A DNA stretch of 64,000 nt, taken from positions 18,561-82,560 of the forward strand of contig CAVOWE010000019.1 in the NCBI GenBank assembly GCA_963700035.1, given 5' to 3'. Source of the stretch: an uncultured Thermoleophilia bacterium. Lineage in GTDB: Bacteria > Actinomycetota > Thermoleophilia > UBA2241. A program made the position numbers and the translations under genes. Below are positions 29,052-38,500 of this stretch, piece by piece (the first letter of the stretch is position 1; every line of letters begins with the position of its first letter). The notes under the pieces are model-generated. The model searched no databases. It was not told where the DNA came from and worked only from the letters and a program-made list of their open reading frames with translations.

Positions 29052-30666
29052 CTACGTCTGCTTCAGGAACTTCTTCTTGTACTTGCGCCAGGTGAAGGCC
29101 CACTGCTCGGGGTCCTCCATGGCCTCAGTGCGGCGTAGCTGGTCGATGGGCTGGGCGTGCGGTGCGTCGAGCACGAACTGGGGGTCGGCGTAAGCCTCGT
29201 CGCTGCCCTTCTTGATGACCGCCGCCCACTCGTCGAGGTCATCTCTGCTGTAGGTCTCGCACGGTTCCGGCGTGAACGGCTCGGGCACCACCCACGGGTG
29301 ATGGCTCATCCACATGCTCTGGATGCCGAAGTCGACCATGCGGTCGCGCAGCGCCTCGGTGCCGACGCCGGTGTCCTCCTTGAGCTGCTCAAGGCTGTAG
29401 CGCACCTGGTCGAGCCGGCGGTGGCCTTCGGCATACGGCCGGCTCACGCCCTTGATCGCCATCAGCAGGTTGTCGAGGTAGTTGTTGTTGAGGACGCTGA
29501 TCTCGGCGACCTCCTTGAGGCCCTCGGGACCCATGCTGCGGATCCAGGCGTAGGCGCGGATGACGCCCATCCAGTTGCCGAGGAAGCCGCGCACCCGGCC
29601 GATGCTCTCGGGGCGGTCGTAGTCGAGATGGTAGCGGTCGCCGTCCTTCGTCACGACCGGCACCGGCAGGTACCGGGCCAGCTCGTCGGTGACACATGTA
29701 GGCGCCGCTCGCCGGGACCCTCGCAGCCGTGCGGGCTCGAAAACGTCTTGTGCAGGTTGAAGTGGCAGGCGTCGAAGCCGGCGTCGCGGGCCCGCGCGAA
29801 GCCGAGGATGCCGTTGGCGTTGGCCTGATCGGTGAAGGCCAGGGCGCCGGCCTCGTGCAGCACCTCGACGTACTTGTCGATCTGCGGGTTGTAGATGCCG
29901 GTGTCCTCGGGGTTGGTGATCATGCAGCCCACGGTCTTCTCGACACCGCGGCGCGGAAGGCCTCGAGGTCCGGGTAGCCGTTCTCGTCGGGCATCACGGT
30001 GATGACCTTGAAGCCGGCCACCATCGGCGTGGCCGCGTCGCAGGGGTGCGAGAAGATCGTCGTGATCATCTCGCTGCGCTGGTCGAGCTCGCCCCTGGCC
30101 TCGAAGTAGCGGCGCATGACGCAGGCGTTGGTGAACACCGCGTGCGAGCCGCCGCCGGGCTGCAGCGTGAAGGCGTCCATGCCGCTGATCGACTGCAGGT
30201 ACTGGCCGGTCTCGTAGACGATCTCGAGCAGGCCCTGCATGGTCGCTTCGTCCTGCCACGGGTGCAGGTCGGCGGCCTTGTGCCCGCGGATGAGCTCTTC
30301 GTGCATCTTGGGCGAGTACTTCATCGTGCAGGTGCCCTCGCTGATGTCGCTGCCGAGGTCCATGCCCAGGGTCATCTGCGAGTAGCGCAGGTAGTGGCGA
30401 AGGACCTGGTACTGCGCCATCTCGGGGAGGTCGGGGGCGGCCGCGCGGCTCATCCCCTCGGGGATGTAGTCCGCGGCCTCACCCACGGCCGCGGTCACGT
30501 CGTCTTCGGCGAGCGGCACGAGGATGCCGCGCTCGCCGGGCGCGCCCTGCTCCATGATGAACGGCTCGTCCCAGCGCGGGGCCTGGTAGTCGTGCAGCAC
30601 GCCGCCGTCGCGACGCAGGCGACCGAGGCCGGCGAGCTTCTCCTGAGGAGTCTCCCGGGGGCTCAT
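29052..30666 (-). CDS. Divergent glycine-dehydrogenase subunit-2 (GcvPB)-like PLP enzyme; frame broken twice as assembled
   Basis: The pieces join in this order: MSPRETPQEK...GTCTMKYSPKMHE...ITVMPDENGYPDLEAFRAAV; shift near 29942; EKTVGCMITNPEDTGIY...CHFNLHKTFSSPHGCEGPG; shift near 29710; AAPTCVTDELARYLPVPVVTKDG...FLKQT*. The PLP-Lys motif HKTF is retained. 1615+2=1617 nt. The start overlaps the upstream stop (ATGA). Confidence 0.75.
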
Positions 30667-32073
30667 GCCGTCACCTCCTTGACAGCCGCGGCCAAGGTCT
30701 CGATGGCGGCCTGGTCGTAGTACTCGGTGACACAGTAGAGCGCGCTCTGGCCGAGCTCGGGGAACTCGGCCGAGAGGTCCTTGCCGCCGAAGATCCGGTG
30801 GCCGAGCAGCTTCTTGTTGATCTCGGCCACCGTCTTGCCGGTGCCGCTGAAGTCGACGACGAACTCCTTGAAGAAGCTCGGCGAGAGCTTGATGGCCACG
30901 CCGGGGATCTCGCCGAGCAGCTTGGCGGCGTAGTGCGAGCGGGCGATGCAGGTCTCGCCGAGCTCGCGGAAGCCCTGCGGGCCCATGACCGCCATGTAGA
31001 CGGCGGCGGCGATGGTCCACAGACCGGACGCCGTGCCGACCCAGTCCTTGCCCTGGTCGCGGGCGCCGTAACTGGTGCGCTCGGCCAGCGCCTCGGCGAC
31101 GGCGTACTGGCCGGGGGTGGCGGTCTCCATGACGGTATAGAGCTCGAGCGGGCACTCCTGCGCGAACACCGGGTCGTCGTCCTTGAAGGCGATGAAGCCG
31201 GAGCAGCCGCCGCCGGCGTGCATGTGCATGCCGAGCGCCTGGATGTCGCCGCAGGCGATGTCGGCGCCCAGGGCGCCGGGCGGGGCGAGCACGCCGAGCG
31301 TGATCGGATCGACACCGGCGATGGCGAGCGCGCCGTACCGAGTGGGCGAGCTTCACGATCTCGGCGCCGTTGGCCTCGATGGTCCCGAGGTAGCCGGGGC
31401 TCTCCCAGTAGACCGCGGCGAACGTGTCGTCCAGCTTCGCCTTGAGGTCCTCGAGATCGACCATGCCGGTCTCCCGATCCCACTCGTAGAAGCGGATCTT
31501 GGTGCTGTTCGCCATCGACTCGGGCTGGCACAGGGTGCGCGCTTCCATGAGTCGCATGGGACTCATGTGCGACGGGACCAGCACCTTGTCGCGGCCGGTG
31601 ATGCGCCGGGCCATGCGGAACGAGCGCCCGGCCACGTCGCCCCAGTCGTAGATGGGGTTGGCGACGGCGTCGTAGTCGAGCAGCTCGCCGAGCATGCTGT
31701 TGAACTCGAAGCGCGTGAGGTACTTGCCGAGGTCGCTGTAGTCGCCGCCGCAGTAGGCACTGACGAACTCGGCCCGGTTGATCACTTCGTCGACGATGGA
31801 CGGCACGTGATGCTGCCAGCAGCCGGCGCCGCAGAAGTTGAGGTAGTCGACGCACGAGGCGTTCTTGTCGAGCAGGCCCTGGACGTGCCGGCGAAGATCG
31901 CGCTCGGCGAGGATCGCCGGCGGGATGTCGAGAGGCACCTTGCAGCGCAGGCGGTCGGGGATCTCCGCGTAGATCTCCTCGACGCTGCTCAGCCCGAGCT
32001 CGTCGAGCATGGCCTGCTTGGTGGCCGGCACCGAGTTCGGGATGTAGGGGTGGATGAACGGTTTGTCAGCCAT
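30663..32073 (-). CDS. Divergent glycine-dehydrogenase subunit-1 (GcvPA)-like protein; frame broken once as assembled
   Basis: MADKPFIHPYIPNSVPATKQAMLDELGLSSVEEIYAEIPDRL...FCGAGCWQHHVP... reads on to ...EIVKLAHSV. A shift near 31335 then leads into GALAIAGVDPITLGVLAPPGALGADIACGDIQALG... (ORF 30663..31292). 1411-1=1410 nt. RBS GGAAGGAGAG. Confidence 0.75.
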
Positions 32074-32151
32074 TGTCCGGCGCGCTCTCCTTCCGTGGGA
32101 TGGTGGGATCGAGGTTCTCCTGGCGCGAGCGTGTGACGACGCGACGGGGCG

Positions 32152-32940
32152 TCACTCGTAGCCGTAGCCGGCGGCGGTGCCGTAGTCGATGCTGACGAGC
32201 GCCCCGGTGATGGGCGCCGCCGCGGGGCTCGCGAGGTAGAAGACGAGCTCGGCGACCTGTTCGGGCGTGATGAAACGCGCCTTGTCGCGCTGCGGATAGC
32301 TGGCGAGCAGGCGCTTGAAGTAGCCCTCGGGATCGCCGCCGCCGAAGTCGCGCGCCTGGCCTTCGAGCATGGGCGTCATGACGTCCGCGGGGCACACGGC
32401 GACGCAGCGCACCAGGAACGGGGCGAGCTCGAGGGCGAGCGACTTGGTGAGCAGGCTCACGCCGCCTTTGGAGGCCGTGTACACGGCCGTCTCCGGCGTG
32501 CCGACGACCCCCGCGTCGGAACTGAGGTTGATGATGCAGCCTTCGGTCTTCTTGAGATGCGGGATCGCGTAGCGGCAGCAGAAGAAGGTGCCCTTGAGGT
32601 TGACGTCGAGGACCTTGTCCCACTCCTCCTCCGTGGTCTGGTCACTGGGGCCCTCGGTCCAGACACCGGCCGCGTTGACGACGACGTCCACGCGCCCGGC
32701 GTCGGCGGCCGCGGTGGCCATGAGGTTCTCGCAGTCGGCCGGCACGCCGACGTCGCAGGTGAGCGCGTGCACCGTGGTCAGCGCGGCCAGCTCGCCGGCG
32801 AGCGTTTCGAGAGCGACGGCATTGAGGTCGCCGAGCACCAAGGTCGCGCCGGCGGTCGCGAAGCGGCGCGCCACGGCCGCGCCGATGCCCCCGGCCGCGC
32901 CGCTCACCACGACCGTCCTGCCGTCCATGTCGTAGCTCAT
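32152..32940 (-). CDS. Short-chain dehydrogenase/reductase (SDR)
   Basis: 262 aa. VVSGAAGGIGAA (TGxxxGxG type), NAAG, catalytic YTASKGG. Confidence 0.85.
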   Translation of the reverse strand: MSYDMDGRTVVVSGAAGGIGAAVARRFATAGATLVLGDLNAVALETLAGELAALTTVHALTCDVGVPADCENLMATAAADAGRVDVVVNAAGVWTEGPSDQTTEEEWDKVLDVNLKGTFFCCRYAIPHLKKTEGCIINLSSDAGVVGTPETAVYTASKGGVSLLTKSLALELAPFLVRCVAVCPADVMTPMLEGQARDFGGGDPEGYFKRLLASYPQRDKARFITPEQVAELVFYLASPAAAPITGALVSIDYGTAAGYGYE

Positions 32941-32985
32941 GCGTCCCTCCCCGCATCCATTGAACGGTGCGTCGATCTCGGTAGC

Positions 32986-34423
32986 CTACAGTGGCCCGGG
33001 AGCCTGCCACTGACCACGGCTCAGCCGCCCCAGAAGATCGAGGAAGTCCGCCCAGGTACGTGAGGCGCGTGAACGATGAGCTGCGAGGCGTAATAGGGGA
33101 AGTCCGACCCACTGCGATGAACACGGCGCCGCGGCGCGGCAGCCGGCGTCGGCCAGAAGATAGCCGGTGCCGTGCAGACGACCTTCCGCAGGGGTGCTCC
33201 ACTCGTACAGGGTGCAGCGCTGCAACCAGTGCAGCACGGCGGTCGCAATCGCGGCCGTACAGGACGGCCTGATGGGCGCCGGTCGACGTGCTGCTTCAGC
33301 TGATCTACGCGGCCATGTCGTAGAGGTCGCGGACGTTGGAATCAGCTCTGCCGGCGGCGACGCCGTGTGGCGACGGGCCGGCAGGCGGCCAGCGTAGTCA
33401 GCGACGATGCGGGTAGAGCGGCTGCGCGCAGATCCCAGCCCAGATCGCTTGACCTGGCTGAGCGAGCCTGTCCCAGCGCCAGTCCAGAGCCACAGCCGAG
33501 CCTCGCCAGCGACCACTTGTCGTGGCCGGTGCGATATGCTCTGCGCGGCCACGATCGCGAGCTCGGCCGCGCTCATGGTCGGCACGCGCCTGCAGTCGGC
33601 TCAGCACGTCGGCATACGTAAACGCTCGTGTAGCCGGTGGAGTCCTCGGAGCCGGCGAGTGCCCTGGCGAAGCCGCGGAACGTCGGCCTGGACCTCGATG
33701 ATCTGGCCCAAGACACGTCTCCATGCCCGCCATGTCGACGCCGCCCACGCGTCTCCAGCGCACGGCGCAGCTCGTCCATGTCGAGCGTATCGTTGCTGGT
33801 CACGTCCTTCATCGTCTCGCCCGGCCACCAGCCCCAGCCGTGGTCCCAGAAGATACAGGGCCGTAGCGCCGGGCGGGATAGGCTTGGCGCGCGCCCACGG
33901 CGACGAGAGTCCACGAGAGTCTGCGGCGAGCCCATGTCGCATCTCGCCCCAGTCTGCCACCGCATACTCCGGGGTGGCCTTCATCCCTTTCGGTGATGTG
34001 GAACGCACGCTGGCACCGGTCCAGCCGCGTCGGCCGCCGACGGTGTAGCCGGCGGCTCGATCGGCGAGCGCCACCACCTGGACGTCGGCGCTGGAGCCGA
34101 CGGCGCCGAGCTCGTTCTCGAGGTCGTGGATGATCCAAGCGCTCGAGATCGTTGTCCCCGTCCATGTAGATCATGACCGTCCAGGCGGCAATGGGCGCCG
34201 GCGAGGAAGCCTGCGGCGCCCCAGGGGCCTCGAGGCGATGCAGTCGAGGGCGGGTGGCGTAGCCGCCAGGGCTACCGGAGCGCCGACCAGGCAGAGCACG
34301 AGCAGCGCGCAGAAGTATCGACGAGAAGCGGAGGCCGCAGCCGCCGCGCCGCGGCGTGACGAGTCCGAAGGATTGCGGGGCCGGCGCACAGGCGCGCAGC
34401 CCGGTGTCGCTGTGATCGCTCAT
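32986..34423 (-). pseudogene. Decayed clostripain-family (peptidase C11) gene
   Basis: ATG 34423 follows GAGGAGG. C11 hallmarks are scattered over all three minus-strand frames: signal peptide RRYFCALLVLCLVGAPVALA, then WTVMIYMDGDNDLE, WIIHDLENELGAVGSSADVQVVALADR, DWGE / DMGSPQTLVD, WARAK / AYPARRY / IFWDHGWGWWPGE, DTLDMDELRRALE, GVDMAGMETCLG, TFRGFARALAGSEDSTGYTS, FTYADVLSRLQA, MSAAELAIVAAQSI. At least 10 frame changes and at least one in-frame stop after DLYDMAA. The region also looks locally less GC-rich by eye. Confidence 0.75.
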
Positions 34424-34526
34424 GCTGCCTCCTCGAGTCTCACCGACGTGTGCCCCGGCGCCCACTTGGCCCTCTGCAAGGATAGCGCAGACGGTGGTGA
34501 ACCCGCGCGTGACAAGAAGGGGCGCC

Positions 34527-35324
34527 TCAGTAGTACAACTCGCTGGGCCCCTTGTATTCCTGGATCGTGTTACCGCCGTCGATCACCACGAGCTGCCCGG
34601 TGATGTAGCTGGCGTCGTCGGAGCCGAGGAAGCAGATGAGCTTGCCGACCTCGGCCGGCGTCGCGGCGCGCCCGAAGGGCGTGTTCACGGCGCCGGCGCG
34701 CTCGCCCTCGGTGGTCGACCCCGTGTCGATCCAGCCCGGGCCCACGGCGTTGACGGTGATGCCGTACTTGGCCACGTCGAGGGCAAGGCCCCGGGTGAGG
34801 CCCAGCACCCCGGCCTTGGCGGCGCAGTACACCGACTCCTCCGGGTTGGCGACCACGGGACCGGTGACCGACGAGACGTTGACGATGCGCCCGTAGCCGC
34901 GTTCGATCATCCCGCCGATGACGGTGCGCGTCACGTTGAACTGGGTCTTGAGGTTGATGGCGATGCCGAAGTCCCAATCTCTCTCGCTCATGTGGGGGAA
35001 ATCGGTGAAGTCCTCCTCCATGCCCTCGATGACCATGCCGGCGTTGTTCACCAGCACGTCGATGCGGCCGTGGCAGGTGACGGCGTCGGCCACGGCCTTC
35101 TGCACCTCGTCCATCTTCGTGAGGTCGGCGGTGTGCGACGAGACCGTGAAGCCCTCCTTGCGCAGCTCGTCGGCGCAGGCGTGCACCTTTGGAGAGATGT
35201 CGACGATGGCGAGCAGGGCGCCCTCCTCGCCGAGCACCCTGGCCGTGTTGAAGCCGATGCTGTTGGTCTTGGCGACCCCGGTGATGAGGGCGACCTTGCC
35301 CTCGACCCTGCCCTTGCGCTCCAT
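34527..35324 (-). CDS. Short-chain dehydrogenase/reductase (SDR)
   Basis: ATG 35324 follows AAGGGAG. ALITGVAKTNSIGF, NNAG, catalytic YCAAKAG, PGWIDT. Confidence 0.85.
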   Translation of the reverse strand: MERKGRVEGKVALITGVAKTNSIGFNTARVLGEEGALLAIVDISPKVHACADELRKEGFTVSSHTADLTKMDEVQKAVADAVTCHGRIDVLVNNAGMVIEGMEEDFTDFPHMSERDWDFGIAINLKTQFNVTRTVIGGMIERGYGRIVNVSSVTGPVVANPEESVYCAAKAGVLGLTRGLALDVAKYGITVNAVGPGWIDTGSTTEGERAGAVNTPFGRAATPAEVGKLICFLGSDDASYITGQLVVIDGGNTIQEYKGPSELYY

Positions 35325-35540
35325 GGTGTCCGCTCCCTTGGTCGAGCTGCGGCCGGTGCGCCGGCCGGCGACGATCGTCATGCGCATGCTACGTCGCCGC
35401 CCGCAGAAGTGTCACCACCCGGCGCCCTCGCCGTGTCACGGACAAAGAAGAGCATCCTCCCGAACCTGCCTATGAAGCGTGGATATGTGGGAGTTTTGGT
35501 AAAGTTGCCGCCTGAGCCTGCCGATTAACCAGGTAGAGTC

Positions 35541-38500
35541 ATGGACAGCGTCGGAGAGAGAACAGTCACCACCTGGTTGCACGTCGCCGACGTGGCGCTC
35601 CTGCTTGGTGTCAGCGCCAACACGGTGCGGCGCTGGACCGACGCCGGACGCATCGCCGCCTACCGCAGTCCGGGGGGCCATCGCCGCTACCTGGCCGACG
35701 ACGTCCACGCGCTCCTGGCCGAAGAGGAGGTCACGGGAGCCGCGGCGCACCCCGGCGACTTCGCGGAGCTGCGCCGCCAGACTCAGGGCTTGCGCGCCGT
35801 CGTGCAGGCCGGCCTCGACCTGACGGCCCTCCTCACAGAGGCGCCGCGCGACGTGCCCGAGCAGGTCGCGCGGCGCCTCTGTGAGCTGACCGACGCACCT
35901 CGCTGCGACGTCTTCGTGCGTCAGGGCGACAGGCTGCGGCTCGCCGTCTCGATCGACGGCGGCGAGCTCGACGAAAGCCGCATCGGCGACTCGTGGACCT
36001 TGGACGACTGGCTGCCGGAGAGCGGGGCGCCCGACACCCTGTCGGCGGCGGCCTTCGGTGCGGACGGCGGCCGCCTGGGCCAGCGCGCACGCCGCGCCCT
36101 GCAGCGCCGCGGCTGCCGCGCGCTCGTGTGGGCGCCGATGACGGTGCGCGGCGACTTCATCGGCGCGGTGGAGGTGAGCGACGCGCGTGCGCGCGACCTC
36201 GGACCGCAGGTCCCGATGGTCGCCGGCCTCGCGCGCATCTGCGCGCACGCCCTCGACATCGACGCTACCTACCAGACGCTGGAACACCGCGACAAGGCCA
36301 TCCGCGAGCTCGTGGACCTCTCGCAGGAAGTCGCCCAGACCCACGAGCTCAGCAGGTTCGTCGAGCGCTTCGCGCTCCGCCTCATGGCTGCCGTCAACGC
36401 CGATTGCGTCGACGTGTACAGGGTCGGCGCCGGCGTCATCCGTTCCCTCATCAGCCTGAGCCGCGAGGGCATCGACGACACCCGCTACGACACCATCCTC
36501 GACACCGCCAAGTACCCGTGCCTCGAGAAGACACTGATCGACCAGACTCCACTCGTGTTGAACAGCCTCAGCGACCCTCGGCTCACTCCCGCCGAGGTCG
36601 AGATGTTCCGCAAGTGGGGCTACGCCAGCTCGCTCACCATGCCTCTCGTCGCCGGTGGCGCCATCGTCGGGCTCGTGGACCTCTACGACGACGCCGAGCG
36701 CGACTGGGGCCTCGAGGTGGAGTTCCTCACCGGGGTGACGCAGCTCGTCGCCGGCCTCTTCGACAATGCCGTGCTGCTCAGCGAAGCCGAGGAGCGCAGC
36801 CGCCTGCAGCACGAGCTCGTCGAGCTCGCCGGCCGCCTGGCGAGCGCGGGCTCGCCGCAGGGCATCGCCCTCGAGGCGGCGCGCAAGCTCCGCGAGGTCG
36901 CCGGCGCGGAGGACTGCGACATATGGTGGCTGGAAGAAGGCTACCTGCGCTGCCTCGCCAGCATGGACAGCAAGGGCGCCGACGAGGCCGTGCGCGGCAA
37001 GATTCTGGATCTCGCGCTGTTCCCTTCGACCGCGCGCTCCCTCGAGGACCGTGAGGTGCTGGTCTTCACCACCCTGAACGACCCTCGCGTCACCGACTAC
37101 GAGCGTGAGGATTGGGGCACCTACGGCTTCCGCAGCATGATCTCGCTGCCGCTGATCGCCGGCGACGAGGTCGTCGGCATGATCGACATCTTCGACACCG
37201 CGGAGCGCGACTACAACGACGTGCGCGGCTTCCTCACGAGCGCCGCGCGCACCATCGCCGACGCGCTCCAGAGCGCGCAGCTGATGGGCAGCCTGCAGCA
37301 GAGCAACGCGGCCCTGCGCGAGCTCGTGGAGCTCGGCGACCGGTTCAGCGAAGCGGAGGGCGTGCAGCAGCTGGCGCGCATCGTCGCCGCGCGCCTGCGC
37401 GCCATCCTCGAGGCCGAGGACTGCGACATCTGGGGGATCGAGGGTGGGCGCCTGAAGTGCCTCGCGAGCATCGACAGCCGCGGCTGGGACGCGGACGAGG
37501 TGGGTAGCGAGCGCGACCTCTCGGTCTACGAGGCGACCATCGCCGCGCTGGCCGCCAACGAGCCCATGGTGATCGGCGACCTCGAGGCCGCCGGTCTTAC
37601 TGAAGAGGAGATGGCGGCCTACCGCCGCTGGAGCTACCGCAGCATGGTGTCGCTGCCGCTCGTCGTCGAGGGGCGCCCCATCGGGCTGATCGACGTCTTC
37701 GACACCAAGGTGCGCGACTACACCGGGATGCTCGATCTCATCCGCAACGTCGGGCGGCTTCTGGCCGGCGCTTTCGAGAAAGCTCATGCTCGTGGAGCGA
37801 CTGGAGAGCGGCAACCGCGACCTGCGACTGCTCGTCGACTCAGGACTCGAGTTCGGCGCCACGCTCGATGTCGACGCGGTACTCAGCACCGTGGCGGAGC
37901 GCATCGTCGCCGTCTCCGAGGCCGATCTCTGCGACGTGTACGGCCTGGACGGCGACGACGTCGAGATCCTCGTCTCGCTGGGCAGCGGTGTCGACGATGC
38001 GGCCGTGGGCAGACGCTACGTGCGGGACGAGTTCAGCACGTTCATCGAGGCCGCGGCCACGCGACAGCCCGTGGTCCGGCTGGACGTCCTGAACGACCCG
38101 GAGGTGCTCGAGCGCGACCGCGAGGATGCGCGCCGATGGGGCTACCAGTCGATCATGACCGTCCCCCTGTGGGGAGGGGGCGAGCTGATCGGCTTCGTCG
38201 AGATCTGCAACCGGCAGAAGCGGCCGTTCGCTCGTCCCGACGTCATCGTGGGCCTGGCGCAGGTGGCCGGCCAGGCCGTGGCCAACGCGCGCCTCTATCG
38301 CGAGCTCGACCAGAGTGTGCGCTGGATGACGCTCATGAGCGAGTCGGCCCTCGAACTGGCCAGCAGCCTCGACCTGCGCGACACGCTGGTGGCCACGGCC
38401 AAGCGGCTCTGCGACAGCGTCGGCGTGCCCGAGTGCGAGATCACGGTGATCGAAGGCGCCGGGCTGCGTACCCTGATGAGGATCGCCCGCGGCCATGTGG

